Shown here: positions 24,358 through 38,362 of the stretch, piece after piece
Numbering within the stretch: the stretch's first letter is position 1
Layout: each line of letters opens with the position of its first letter
Source: Tricharina praecox
Taxonomy: Eukaryota
Assembly (NCBI RefSeq): GCF_024521635.1
Contig: NW_026250421.1
Span: 310,001 to 374,000, forward strand
Reading direction: 5' to 3'
DNA length: 64,000 bases
Notes under the pieces: generated by a model
Told to the model about the DNA's origin: nothing
What the model saw: only the letters and a program-made list of their open reading frames with translations
Database searches by the model: none
Program-made: the position numbers and the translations under genes

Positions 24358-27100
24358 GCCCCTCAGCCCGATCGCTCGAGAGGGGGTTGGATGACGTTTC
24401 GCATCCATCCATCGGGAGATCCGCATTGGCCGGCCGCCTGGTTTCGGACTCGTGACACTTGCGGATCATTGTTACACTACTACCACACACTCACAACCTG
24501 ACATCTGCCGAGCGGGGGTCACGGCGGGGAGCTGGACTTTTTCTTTCTTTTACTCTTACAACAACACAACAACACATCAATCATAATGGATGGGCAATAG
24601 AAGGAACTGGATGGGGATACGGCACGGGCACGGGTCTTTTGTAAAGGAGGATGAGCAGGAGGAGGAGGAGGATGAAGGGGGGGGTGGGGGGGGGGGGGCG
24701 TGGGATCAAAAGTTAGGGGAAGGTCTAGACTTCTCGGGTGTTTTTCGGATTTTGGTTATTCTTTTTTTATTTCCTTTTCTTTCTCATTTTGTCTATGGTG
24801 TCTTTCTTTCGGCCTTGAAAGGAGTCATTAGGGGTTTTTTTTCTTCCTTCTTTCGTTCATATCCTACCTGCACATGGCTTTTTTTTTATTTCGTTTTATT
24901 TTATTTTACTTGGGAGCGGGATGGGAAAGGAGTTTGCTTTTCTGGGGGTTTTTTTACGGCTGGTTTTTTCTTTCTCTTTTGACGAGCGTGATGCCGTTTT
25001 TTTCCTTCTTTACTTCTTGTATAATTTTGCTTTTTTGGAAGGCTTCCTTTTCTGTTTGGGTGTTGGGTGGTGTTGGCTGGGGGGGGGGAAGGGAAAAGGG
25101 TTGCCGTGCCATGCCATGGTGGGATGGATTGGATGTTTTTTTTTGTTTGTTTGCTTTCAACGGGGCACACACACACATACTTGCATATTTGCACACACAG
25201 CAGCGCAGGATCATCATCATCATCATCGTTTCTTGGAGTTGGCAACTTTCTTTGGGTTCACTGTACTCTGGTCACTGGTTACTGGTCGTTGGGAGTCTGT
25301 CTGTCTGTCTGTCTGTATCATGATACTTCTTTACTCTTCTACTTCTACAAATTCTACATAACATAACTTAACAAAACAAAACAATTATTCAATACTTGCT
25401 GCGAACGTGATGGCTTGTTAACTGGTTTGGGTATCGTACTTACTCGGATTTCGGATTGAATAGCTCGCCTCTCTCCCTCTCTCTCCCCCTCTCCATCTCT
25501 TGCTCCCTCTCTTTCTCTCGCGAGCGTGAGTGTGTAGATCAAACAGTACCCTACCTCCGCTACCTCCCCGACACCAAGTGCGAAATTTAGGATTTAGGCA
25601 TTTAGGAATTTAGAGTTTTGAACGGTGACTCTATTTGTTCGATCGCGATCTGTCCGCACTAGTCTAGTAAGGGTGCGACTCACGAGTCGAGATGGATGGA
25701 TGGAAGGGAGAAGCGGAGAGAGGGAGAGGTGATGTGTTGCTGCACTTTTGATTTCCTTACTTTTTTGAGGGAGGAGGGCTTCGAACTTGTTATTTCGTAG
25801 GTTTGGAGGTAGCTGGACGGGTAGGTAAGGTATGGACGGAAGGGCACTTGGGGAGGTAAAGGGAGGGAGGGAGGTATGTAAAGGGAAGTAAAGGATTGGC
25901 CAGTGCTCGGTGATGCGGCGTGGGTGGGTGGGTGATGAGATGCATGATCGGGCAGTGGGCTGTGTGAAGGGAACGAAGGAGGAGGGGAGCTGGTGATGTA
26001 GCGAGCGAAAGAACGTCATGTGGTATTGTTTTTTCTCTTTTCCTTTCTTTTGTAGAGTTATGTGGGTTCACGGCGATGCTATGCTATGCTACGTACGTAC
26101 GGTCTCGAGTTGGGGGTTGGATATGTTGGAGGGTTGAAGGTTGGATGTTTCCCGGCTTGGGATTCGTTGGATGCGATTCGGGAGTAGCTGTTAGAGTAGA
26201 GCATGAGGTAGAGGTGAGGTGAAGGTAGTTGACGATAGGTAGAGAAGGTAGGTATAGCAGCGGTAGCTTGCTTGTACCATGCATACCACCCACATACACA
26301 CATACATCCGACATACATGCATACATCTTACATAGCTCTTACACAGCTCTGCTATGCCGAGCTTTCATTCAGCTCACGAGTTTTCGAGGAATATAACAGC
26401 GCTCCCGAGTCCCGCGAGGATCAGGATCGATCCGTCAGGCTTCGGGGGGACGACTGTAGTCTATAGCTTCCCTTTGTGTTTGGTGTTGTTTCTCCCGCAC
26501 CACCCAGCCCTGCCCCGCGATATCGATATCGATTCACTCGGTATATAAGTGTATAATTCTATAGCTGTATAGGGATATAGGGATATAGGAAGCATCGAGA
26601 CGATATCCACACGCGTTAAGTAGAGTGGTTAACCCAAACGCGGCCCACCCCCCCTTCCTCCCCCCCCCTCTCCCTCTCCTCCCTCGAAGCCCTCCCTCCC
26701 TCCCTCCCTCCATTCCTCCCGTACATAGAGTAAATTACGCTCGCTGGCAAACCACGTATCCCCCCCCTCTACCCATCCCTAGTAGTTAGCCCGTGAGTGG
26801 GTGTGTGGGTCCGCATTCCACCCTCCCTCCGCACACGCACAATATTTCCGGCTCCGACTCCTAATTAACTATTCTACATACCTACTCTACATAGGTAGCG
26901 ATTTCAGTAGCATCGTGAGATCTGGGGTTGGCGGTGCATGAGGAGAAAGTTGGGATCCCTCCCCCTCCACCCCCTCCACCCCTCCAACAAGCTTCCGGTG
27001 TATGGGGCATGCGTTATGAGGTAGGTATGGGTTGGCTGGGTTGGCTGGCTGGGTTCCCGTCTGGGGTACGTAAGTAAGTGGGTAGGTAAATTGTTTAGGC

Positions 27101-27194
27101 GGGCTTGGGGGCTTGGGGGCTTGGGGGCTTGGAGGCTTGGGGGCTTGGGGGCTTGGGGGCTTGGGGGCTTGGGGGCTTGGGGGCTTGGGGGCTT
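27101..27194. repeat. (GGGGGCTT)n array, ~11-12 copies
   Basis: Read directly; G5 tracts with 3-nt spacers. Confidence 0.95.
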
Positions 27195-30100
27195 AGGGTT
27201 GGGTGGAGTGGGTGGAGGGGACGGAAGCGGTTATGATAGCTATGGTGCTGGTGGTGCTATTGCTGGTGGTCGATACGTAACCAAAGCTCGAGCTTAGAGC
27301 TTCGGAGAGGTCGCGTGCAACGGTGCAACGGTGCAACAGTGCATGGTTTTGGTTTTGGTTTTGGGGCTGTATAGTACCGTATACTCTACATAGAGTATGT
27401 AGGAGAGAGAGGCTACGGTATGGGCTGGTAATGATTGGATTGTAGGTATATATTGGATTGGATTCGATCGGATTGCTATTGGGCGGGAGTGTGCGTGCAG
27501 TGTGTCGTGTGTCGTGTGTCGTGTGTATATTGTGTGTATTGTAGTGGGGGATTACGATGTTGATTACGATGATGATGCTGCTGCTGATGCCGCTGGTGGT
27601 TGTGTGTAGTCCTCGACAGGAAGGGGACGGGGACGAGACGGGATCGGCTGGGGCTGGGCTCAGTGGGTTCAGTGGGCTCAGTGGGCTGGGTGGGCTGGGT
27701 AGGCTGGGCGGACCACCACACCCACTGCCCAACTGCCCAGTCTCCCAGACGAGACTCCAAACTCCAGACTCCAGTTGACCGCTGGCGGACACCCCAACAG
27801 GACCATCAGGACCATCGTGATCATCAGGATCACACCACAGACCACCAGCATTCGTCTAAACCTCCCTCTATATGAGTCCCCCAGTCCCCAACACTTACTT
27901 GGGAGTTTAGATACCGGTATTCCTCCTCCCCAGGACCCCCCTCCCCTGCCCTCCCCCCGTCTCTCCCCTCCAGTTTCACCCCCAGTCAATCGAACATCGA
28001 ACATCGAACATCGTGAAATCCCCCGATCTCGGTCATCTTTGCCGGCGAGCGGCGAGCAGCGGCGCGCTTGAGACGGTGCGTACCGTACCGTGCCTACCTT
28101 ACCGTGCGTACCGTGCGTACCGTGAACCTGGACACGGCGGGGGCCAGCATGGTTAGTTTGGTGTAGTGTACAAGCTGCCGCCGCCGCTGATGCTAGTTGC
28201 TGCCGCCGCCGCTGATGCTGCTGCTGCAGTAGTTAGCGGAGGTTAGGTGAGTGCACTGCAGTAAATGACGATGGCATCGTCGGCATCGGTGGTTTTGTCG
28301 GTTCCGTCGGTTTCGTCGTCGCTCTCGTCGTTGTCGTGGTGGTGGTAGGGTTTATGCCTTGATTTTTTCTCGAGAGTATGTAGGGTGGATGGGACTTCCT
28401 CTTCACGATGCTTCAGCTTCACCGGGCGAGGCGAGGCATGACGGCGTCGTCTGCGTCGTCGTTGGGGTCGGCGTCGGCAGCGGGCGTATGTACAAGACAT
28501 AAAATACATATGATACACACATAGGCGCGGCAACGGGCGCGGTAGTTACATACTTGTCACTTCCGGGGGTGCACCCGGGGGAGCTTCCGGAGGGGAGGGG
28601 GACATCATTGAACGTCATGTCTCGTCATTGTCACAGATTTATGTCGGTACATTGACGTCCAAAGTACAGTATTTTAATGTTTTTATTTTTATTTTTATAT
28701 ACAAAAGTCCTACTTGTGTACTCTACATACCTCAGTTGGTTGGAGATCAACCAACACGACGGGATTGACAACACATGAGCAAGTTCCCGCGGCCATCCCT
28801 CGACGGAAACCGCACGCGAGCAGGAATACCGTAGATATGTAGCTAAAGTAGAGTAGAGTACGATGGGATACATACGGTATAGGGGACCCAAAAAAATAAT
28901 GAGGATTGTGAGTAATTACTCTACCTGGGGAGGTTAAGGCTGTTCGAGTCCCGGGTGGTCGGGGCGCGGGCGGGTGGGTTGCCCCGGGTGTGGGGAACGG
29001 TACTTTAATCAACCTGCCGTGGGTAGAGTACAGCCTGGAACTCTCGGTGTGTGGGGAGCATGAGCATATACATAGTAGAGTTAGCATTGCTGCCTCGAAA
29101 ATCTGGGGAACCCCAGCTTCCGCCCGCACTCCACACCCTTCTTTGCTCCTGTGTTGGCGTCCGCGTCCAGGCCATTGGGAAAACGCGGGGAAGGAAACTG
29201 CCGATCGAGGGTGAGGTGGAGGGAGGCAAGCTGGCCCAACACAAAAATCATAAAATAGGGGTGGGTGGGTGGTGGTGACGGATCTCACGATGGTGGGAGT
29301 TGACGATCGGAACTTTTGCGGGCGGATCGGGATGTGATGCTCACGTGGTGAAATTGTGAAAGATGGGACATGGGGGGTGGTTAGGCGGGTGAACCAGAGT
29401 CTGAGCGGCGCGCAGAAATTCGGCGGCGAGAAAGAGAGAGAGAGAGCGAGAATGGCAAGTAGAAAAGGCGGTTCTTTCGACGCTGTTGGGAGTTGGGTTC
29501 CCGCAAGTGACGTTGTGTCGAACGCTCCGTCGGAGTAGGGATGGATCGAGTACCGCGAGTGATTCTCTGTGATGCGCGCTGACTATTTTTCTTTCTTTCT
29601 TTCTGTGGTGGATGATGGTCATGGGACCGAACGACCAGGAAGAGCGGCAACGGAGACGGCGGCGATGACAACCGCCATCGTCAATCAGCAAAAGTCAGCA
29701 CCGACAATCGGTCAATCGTCAGCCAATTGCCAGCGAACACCGCCGCTCGTCATCGGTCCACGCTCCACCGTCGAAGCAAAAATCGCTCGTCACTTGCACG
29801 TCGTAGTGTTCTGCTCCCCGTCCGATCTGTAGCCGCAACAACCAAGAGTGTGGAGAAACGAAAAGGCTGGGTAGGCGAATTGATTTTTTGCTGCGGCGGC
29901 GCCGAAGGTAGGAAGGAGACGGGTTCATCCTTTCGATCTCCGATCCAAGAGTGTAGGGGAGGACTATATTCCAGGTACGCAAACGGCGTTTATTCCGCTC
30001 TTTGTTCCTCATCAGTCTCCCTCTATGTTTTTTTTGGTAGTGACCTGCCCGGGGTTGGTGGACGATGATGGAATATTCACCAGGATATGGTGATACGACG

Positions 30101-32514
30101 AAAGTCCCCCGCCATGGGAGCGAAACCTTCGTACTGCAGCGAATCTGTGCGTGGGGGGAGGAGGGTGGAGGTCCGAGGAATGATAAAGATCGTAAATCGA
30201 GATTGATGGAGTTGGTGTTCCGTTGAATAGGCTTTTCGACACTTTTGACACTTTCAACTGGTTCGGCCGTTTCCGTCGATTGTTTTCGAATCGGAAGGAA
30301 ACCGAAGCTGAAGCTTAAGCTTCGCAGGTGCTCCGATGATGGAAACAGCGTCGTCGGCGTCGGCGGTGTACAGTCCGTGTAGGTAGGATGATGCTGCTGC
30401 TGGTCATTTTGCCGCACCCTCAAAGAGCAATGCTGTACTGTGCGGAGCGACTATCGTCCGTCCGCTCGCAGAAGGGTGTGTGTGCATTGCCGGCGGTGAT
30501 GATGATGATGATGGGGCCGTATTCGAAGCTCTGTTCTAGAGCGTCCGCCAACCTTCTTCTCCCGAGATCTAGGAGATAGATTCTCGATGGAAACTCCCGT
30601 TTCTGCAAACAGGTAGATTCCCTAGCCCAACACGAGACACCACAAACGCAAACGCAAGCTGGTGCTGCATCTTTCGCTTGCCTGCCTGCCTGCCTGAACG
30701 TCTGCCTGCTTGTAGATTGATTGATTGATTGCTCCGTGCTGGCTATCTCCAATAAACGGACGACGTCTGCCCGCGCCGCCGCGGACCCCACAGTGCCAAC
30801 CCCACAGTGCCCCCTCCCCCGCATCAGAATCGTAAACCGCAGGGCGAGATTGATCCACGGGGTTATTGTTGGGGTGGGTGTTGGGTGTTGTCACGTCAAC
30901 ACGTCCCGTCCCGTCCGTCCATCCGTCCGCCTCCATCAGTCCGCCTTCCATCCGCAGATACTCCACTCTCCCACATCCCACATCCCACATCCCACATTGG
31001 AATTAGGAATTCGCCCCCCGCGGCGAGAAAAATCTCTTCATCGGCGTCCGTGAGACTGGCGTGCGTAAACGACCGCCAGCGTGCTGTATGGAGCTATGAA
31101 AAAAGGAAAGAAAAAACTTCTCTGACGATTGATTGATGCTTGGCAGCGTGTGTGGGGGAGGGGGTTTCTTTCGCCGTGGACTGCCCAGGTAGGTAGAGTA
31201 CCATCCATCGCCGTCCGGACCTTCCCCCCCTCAATCAACAGCGGAGAACCCCAGGCTGCCAGGATGTATGTAAGCCAATAATTCCTTCTTCTCCATGTTC
31301 TTCTGCATCTTCTATACTTTTCCTGCCCTGTCCTGTCCTGTCCTGGGGAAGTAACGAGACGGTGTGTGCGTGCGGTGTGTGTGTGCTGTGTGTGACGGCC
31401 AGATCGGACCAGAGCAGAGCAGAGCAGGCACCACCACATCCACATCGGAATCAGCGATTCCTAATCCTTCGCACACAACGGCGGCGGCTATGCCCGTTCC
31501 AGAATTTAGAGTTTGAGACCATTATGGTGCTGGTATTAGTGCTGGTATTAGTGCTGGTATTGGTGCTGGTAGTAGTGATGGTATTGGTGGTGGCCGCGGA
31601 GGGCTGGCCAGCGGAGAGCCCGTGTCCGGTGTCAGACTCGAGAGAGAGAGGGGAACCGAGATACCTCAATCAAAGTAGAGTAGGCAGAGAAAGCTTCAGC
31701 CGCTCAACCTCTGTCCGTCTGTCATTCTGTCTGTCCGTCTGTAAGTCCATCGGAGCGGATGCCACCGGTCACCGCCACCGTGGCCGCCGTTGCCCACCTC
31801 GCAAAAAAATAATCGTGTGGGGGCAAGACGCGTCTGCAGAGGTATAACCGTACCGGCGTCCTCCCTCCACCTCGTCCTCGTACGTCGTGCGGGCTGCTGC
31901 TGCTGCTGATGCTGATGCTAAGGCGGCATGCAGGGTAGATCACTGGGGTGAGCAAAAGTGGAAGGGTTGTAGAGATCAGAAAATCGTGTGTGGGATCGGG
32001 GCGTTTTATAGTCGAACGAGACGGGGTCATGTAGCTATGGGTGCGAGTGAGCGGCGATGAGCTTGCGGTACACTCGCTACGTGGGTATGTGGGAGTATGT
32101 ATGTGCGTGGGAAACCCCCGCACCACCCACCACCCACCACCCGCACCCCACGCACGCAAGCACGCACGATGGAGATGGAGATGAGTGCACATCGCCACCC
32201 CGTGACTGCCTACCTGCCTACCTGCCTACTTGCCTACATAGATACGTGGACTGGTGCCCTCCAGTACTACTAATTTAGTAGTCCTCTACCTATCCATTTT
32301 CCGTTTCTCGCTTAAGGCGGGTGTCCTGGTGTCCGGACTCCGGGGTCGGGGGGGTGTTTTGGGGGAAACCATCACAAAAAACTCTGCCCAGCAGCAATTG
32401 TTTCCGACAATACGACGACACGAGGGGCCACGCAACAGCTAACTAGCCCGCTGGAGTAACTGTCTGCCATGTCGTCTGCCATGTCGTCAAGGATGGCGGG
32501 GGGCTGGCTGGCTC

Positions 32515-32604
32515 GATGGTGATGGTGATGGTGATGGTGATGGTGATGGTGATGGTGATGGTGATGGTGATGGTGATGGTGATGGTGATGGTGATGGTGA
32601 TGGT
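32515..32604. repeat. (GATGGT)15 hexanucleotide microsatellite
   Basis: Perfect 90-bp array. Confidence 0.97.
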
Positions 32605-33539
32605 GATGATGCACATAGCCGCGGCAGGCGGGTGTTGAATCGGCGTAGAGACAAGCCGGAGCATCGCCAGCAGCATCGCCCACAGTAGCAGCAGCAGCAG
32701 CAGCAGCAGAAGCGGAAGCGGAAGTAGATTGTGCAGCTGTTTCCGTTCCGTTCCCCAAGAGTATGGTACATACCGTAGGTACCTTGACTGGCGTTTGCGG
32801 TTGGATATAGAGTAGAGTAGATACCGTGGATATGTACCCCCGAAGCGGGCTGGCCGTCCGTCCGCAACAGTCGTACGCTTCGTCCGGATCCACGACCACC
32901 ACCGCCCACGGTTACTCTATCCACCAGCAACCAGCATCAGCAATTAACCAGCAACCAGCAATCTACGAACCTTAGTCGGCGCCGCCTTCCCCATTCCCCA
33001 ACCCCTCCCTCCCCTCCTCCCCTCCGCATCGCCTCTCTCTTCCCCCACGGTCACGAGAAAGCGAAAGAGAACGCAGCAAAAGTCTATTACGCATGAGCAG
33101 AAAAAAAACCCACCACCGCCTAGATATATAGATGGAAAGATGGTGGAGAGATCGAAGAAAAAGGGGGAGATCGTGTTGCGATCGCTGGTAGCGCGAGTTG
33201 GGTCACAAGGGGGCGAGGGAGGGAGGGGGGTTTAAGGTTGAGCGCGAGAGGAGAATTGGGGAATTGGTGATTGGGGATCGGATGGATACCCGCCATTCAT
33301 CCCCCCATTGCGCGATTGAATGGTCCCCATGCTGCCATGCATACACACTCACGCTCCATGTTCATCCGGTGTTTGGTGCGGTGTTTGGTCGGCGTGCGAG
33401 TGAAGCTTTGTGATGGATGGATGGATGAGGCAACTGAGGCAGGCCGCTATACTTAGTAATTTCATCCGAGTGCCAAGCGGACGTGTTCGGCTCGCCTCAA
33501 ACTTCTTAGCAAGCATACGGTACCACAGTTACCCAAGTA

Positions 33540-34094
33540 TGGTGGGGGACTCCTAGTCGCGATGTAGTGGGACATTCGTGGAAAAATCGAATTTAATTTC
33601 AAAACGGGTAATAAAAAGCGATTTTTGAGATTTATTTTAGCAAAAAATGGCATTTTTAATTCCCTTTTCAGCCATATTTAGTCCACATTTCGGCCTATTA
33701 TGGTCCTTAACTCACCTGATCGGGCTGTCCATGGGTCCAGGCACACTCAATGATGCTTATGAAATACAAAATGACCGTGATATGTGGCTCATATGTGGCT
33801 CATATGTGGCTTCTTGAGCTAGCAGCTTCCTAATCCGGAATTCGGCAGGGGTTAGGGGGTTAGGGGGTTAGGAGAGGGACATTCGGGGGAGCGCCCCACC
33901 AAAATCACTTTTTTTTCTAAATTCAAAGGAAAATCAACCACGGTTTCTAAAATTCAAAACTCGTTATTAAGTGGATCTAAATACCCTGGTCTATCGACTA
34001 ACAACGAGCTTTAAGAATTTGGAGTGGTTTTGTGGGAGGAGATAGGTGTCAAAGTTGGGGGTGTTTTTGCATCGGGACTAGGCGTCCCCCACCA
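33540..34094. mobile_element. Non-autonomous TIR element (MITE), ~555 bp, superfamily uncertain
   Basis: Left end TGGTGGGGGACTCCTAGTCGCGATG versus right end CATCGGGACTAGGCGTCCCCCACCA (2 mismatches in 25 bp); flanked by TA on both sides; AT-rich interior unlike the surroundings; no ORF. Confidence 0.8.
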
Positions 34095-34331
34095 TAAGTA
34101 CTACTTACAGCTCATTAGCGTGGGACGCAGCCATGGTTCCCGACTCTCGGGGGTGAGTGAGTGAGTGCGTGAGTGAGTGCTGCGTTAACGGCGCCGAAGT
34201 CTGTCTGCCTGCTTGTGTTTTCCCCACTCCACTTCACTCCCCTCCCCCCCGGCCCCCTGGTACAAGCGAGGTTTGGTTAGCTGAGCAGCAAGGGCATGTA
34301 CCCCACACGGAGTGGCATATGCAAGCCTTGA

Positions 34332-34420
34332 CCGGCGAATAAACTAAGTAAGCAGCCGGCGAATACATAACCAAGTAAGCAGCCGGCGAATAAATCAAGC
34401 AAGCAAGCAAGCAGCCGGCG
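34332..34420. repeat. ~25-bp imperfect tandem repeat (AAGCAGCCGGCGAATA core) x3-4
   Basis: Read directly. Confidence 0.75.
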
Positions 34421-37400
34421 GTAGCAAGAGCCGTCGACACGCCCCCAGAGTCCCGTGTCCAAGCCACCTCCGCAACTTGTTATATGTATGTACAATACGT
34501 CTGTAGAGTACGTGCGGCAAAAGGCAAAAATTCCAAAGGCTGAAGGCTTGCATTGCGGAGAAGCAGCCGCAGCAGCAGCAGCAGCGCGGAACTTCCAAAC
34601 CGCAGAACGCCGCGAGGAAAAGAAGCAATCTAGCCAGCCATTCAGTCAGCCAGCCAGCCAGACGTGCAGCACGCAAGCGGTCTAGTCTCCCACCGACCCA
34701 CGGCCATGATAGGTTTGCCACTAGTTAGTTAGAGCAGTTATGTACTGTACTTTTTAATATGTACTCCGCAACAGCTCGAGGTATGTATGTAGGTATGCAT
34801 GTGTGTATGCTACATAGCCAGACCCTGCGTTCCGCTTGCAGCGGAAAGTCGAGAAAAAATAGCTGGTGGTGCACGCCCACCACCGACCGGCCCTGAATGA
34901 GTGAGTATGTAAACTGGTATGTAGGTATGTACAGTACATACCGGCAAGTCTTTGCCTCGATCCGGGTGGTCTCAGCGTCTCACCGTCTCAGCCACGTCCC
35001 AGAATCGCGAACTGGGCCTTGATCCTTGGATGTCGATGTCGGACGTCCGTATGCAGGGTGCGGTGTGTGCGGTGTATGGAGGTGAAGACTCCAGATGGCC
35101 AACCAGTTACCAACGCGGCGCCGCAGCAGCAAACCGGCCGCCTTGGATGCTACTAGGTAGGTTGGTGAGCAGGTACTGGGGGAAAGGTAGCACGTCGACG
35201 TCCGACCCCCCCCCCCCCCCGCCCCCCGACCCCACCACCAAAACCAGCACAGAAGCCTGCGGATGAGCCTGCGGGCGGAGGACGCAGTCGTGTCCGAGAA
35301 TGGACTGCTTCCCACGGAAGACTCGAGACGGCGCGGCGCGGGTGGCGAGTTGCGCGAGTCACGGGGCACTCTTTGTTTGTTGAGATCGTTGCGGCCCGCG
35401 AACATTGGCTGATGCGCAGGGAGCCGGTGGTTTGGGGGTATACTACCTATTAACAAAAGTTAGTATGTATTGTACATAAGTAGATTTCGTGCTTTTGGTA
35501 GAACCCAACAACACGGCAACATGTATGATTGTATGATACACGAGTGCATCTTTGGAGTCCGAGCTCTGGAATGCGGGGGGTGGGGGGACGTGCACGCAAC
35601 GTAGTCGGATGCCTATGGTACGTCGGAGACGCTTTCCGGACTTGGAGCTGCGTGTGCTGCGCGCGTTGGCGGCACCGTGGTGGGTAGTACGGTCGTATGG
35701 CCGTATGGTACCTAATAGTAGGTACCGTAGTAGCTAGCCCACACGACACGACCGACTCGCCGAAGACGTGTATTGCTTCTTCTTCTGCTTCTTTTCCTCT
35801 TCTTCTCCTTGGAGTAATTCACTCATTGGCGCTTCTCGAGGTATTCATGGCAAGTCGCTGTCGTCGTGAGATGTATTCTGCACCCGTGGCCGGATCAAGA
35901 GGTTGCAGACCGTACATCTCGTACCTACCAACCCACATCAGAGACGCCCCGTCATGCGTCCCAGTCGCATCCCTCCGGAAGCCTGCAATTAGCTAGAGCT
36001 TGCAGGCATTCCTCTCGTTGTCGATACATGGCATTGTTAGAGGGAGGGGGCACGAGACTTGCGGCGCTGGAGTGAGGCCAACCAGCCAGCCAACCCAGGC
36101 AGGATCCAACTCCAGTGTCCAACGTGCAAGCTCCATCCATTGAAAGCTACCTAGGTATCCGAGCCGCGCGCACGCACACACGCAATCCACACTTCTGCGG
36201 ATCCCATTTCAGACGTGGATGGGTTTCTTTTTCTTTTTCTTTCTTTTCTTTCCCATTAGCCATTACTTTTATGTACCCATGTTTTTGGCCTTCCCTTCTG
36301 GATCGAGACGTGGAGACATCCCGGACGAATTACTCGCACCAAGCTCTGATGTCTGGAGGGACGCACGCATGTAGGTACCTACTTGCTCGCCCCCCTGCGT
36401 GCTGGTCAAACCCCACGATGAGACCCGGCCTGGATCCAGCCGTGGCCTGGGACCGAGAAGGTCAGAGTCAATTTCGAAATAGGGCTGAGACTTGGGGGTT
36501 CAGTCACTATCCGGGTCGTAGACCTGGGCTGAGGCCACTGACTCGCCCCCTCCCCCCCGCGGCCGAGGCTACAATGGTTCCCGATCGATGGTCACAATCC
36601 CCCCCCTCTCCCCGCCTTTGTTGTACTGCGTAAACACTGCACCTAGTGCGTTCGAAAAGGCTGACATTTCCCTGAATCTTGTTAGTGGCTGGTGGAGCAG
36701 CCATGCTACTGCTAGTAGGAGCTGTCATGTTTGAAGCAGCAGCGGCCCGCATTGTTTGGGCGATGGTGATGAAGCATCGACGTCTCGACCTCGCCATTGG
36801 GCAGTAAGTACCGTATCCGCTTGTCCGGCCAGGCGAGCAGAGCAGAGCACGCAAGCCGGATGGCGGGCAATATCGCCGATCCGAGTCGAAACATTGCCAA
36901 GAACGTTCCACTAGCTATGGAGGAAACGCAAAGGCGCGATTCTCGCACCCTCTGCGTGGAGTTAACGCGGGCCGGCCCACGTCGTCAACCATCGCGATTG
37001 ACGTCCGTCGCGCGCGTTGTAAAAAGACGATAAAGTTGATATCACCTTTGATCGGTCGTGCAAGCTATGTAGCTAGCGGATAGTTAATCGCTCGTGTGAT
37101 ATGGTAGACGTCCACTGCTAGCAGCTGTGCGCTCCACCCGCTGCGGCGGAGAAGAAGCAACCCGCCCGGAGATCGGGGTGCAAAGTGATCCGTGCACCGA
37201 CGCTGCTCGTAGATGGCGGATGGAAACGCGTCCGTCACCCCCCCGGGTGCCAGACCTGTTTGGGATAACTACCGACGGAGAGAACGATAGAGATGTGGCT
37301 GGTTGGCTTGTTAATATTGTTGTTGGACCTGACGTGCCGAGGGCGCAAGCGGGAAAGCAGCGGTTGATAGCAATGAAGCATGATCACCGTGCTCCAAAGT

Positions 37401-37519
37401 GATTCGGCGCAATGTCGACAGTCGAATAGACCAACCTGGTGGGTTTCTTTGTGTGGTTTGGGGCATTCGCCGCCCTCACGAGCTCTGATTCGCCTTGCAG
37501 TTACCTGCAGTGCTCCGAG

Positions 37520-37756
37520 TTACTTTCTCACACTGAAATCACATGACTCGGATAGGTAGGGGATCCTCTCACTCGGTATATAACGAGCACCGAAGGGGAG
37601 GCATTCCGACGCTTGAAATGCTTGGATGAGAAAGAGGATACAGGACGAATTGGGAGACGGCCCGGAAGACATAGTTGAACTCCCGGGTGGTAGGAACGAG
37701 GAACTGAGTTTCTTGGTTGAGCTCATAGGAGGTAGAACGGGACGAGAGCTGAACTA
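37520..37756 (+). pseudogene. Decayed coding remnant of unknown family
   Basis: One frame reads YFLTLKSHDSDR*GILSLGI*RAPKGRHSDA*NAWMRKRIQDELGDGPEDIVELPGGRNEELSFLVELIGGRTGRELN*; protein-like composition with stops explicable by single transitions. Confidence 0.3.
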
Positions 37757-37808
37757 ACGGATACCTTCATTCATTCTCTCTTGCCTTATTTCTCTCTTCC
37801 GTGCTGGT

Positions 37809-37969
37809 GTTGAGCGGGGATAGTTGAATGAGGAGAGTTGGGCGGGGGTGGTTGAATGGGGAGGGTTGAGCGGCGATGGTTGAATGGAGAGGGTTGAGTG
37901 AGGATGGTTGAATGGGGAGGGTTGGGCGGGGAGGGTTGAGCGGGGAGGGTTGAGCGTTGAGCAGGGAGG
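37809..37969. repeat. 14-bp G-rich minisatellite (GTTGAGCGGGGAGG / GTTGAATGGGGAGG) x~11.5
   Basis: Units counted directly; the first eight alternate two variants. Confidence 0.9.
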
Positions 37970-37986
37970 CGCAGGGAGGGCTGTGG

Positions 37987-38362
37987 GGAAAGCAATAGGG
38001 AACCTGTATCGAGCATGCGGCCAGCTGTCGGTGACAGCCGAGTGGAAACGGAAATGTAACCCGCCATGATTTACTAAGGTCGAATGCAATAATGACTAAA
38101 CAAAAAAAACCGCTTGGAATGCGGTACACTATTATGATCTCGACGGGTGGCATGCAGTTAATGGTTAAACAAGAAACAAAAGCTTGGAATGTGGAAAAAG
38201 CCTGACGGATATCAGAAACACATAGCTATTGTCTCTCGCCGCTATCGGAATTGCCAGCGGACGAGAAACCACGAGGAAACCGCACTACCGGCTTGTGGAG
38301 ACGTGCTAGGTGCCTCGTAACCGCCCTCATCTAGTATCGACTGCGGACAGACGGATGCCAGA
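37987..38362 (+). repeat. Dispersed repeat module A (second copy)
   Basis: Inverted homolog of 7187-7595; lacks a ~45-bp segment that in the other copy is bounded by GAAACCACGA direct repeats. Confidence 0.85.

Noticed and set aside
24355..24501. Stop-codon readthrough extension of Ecl1
   Set aside because: The context is TGA-GCC, not the TGA-CTA readthrough motif, and the extension has no targeting signal.
29719..30423. 234-aa minus-strand ORF in the gene-poor tract
   Set aside because: Non-ATG start, no motif and no supporting splice signals; cannot be fully excluded without RNA data.
32372..32930. Poly-His, (IT)n and (SP)n ORFs
   Set aside because: Three-frame translations of the (GATGGT)15 microsatellite.
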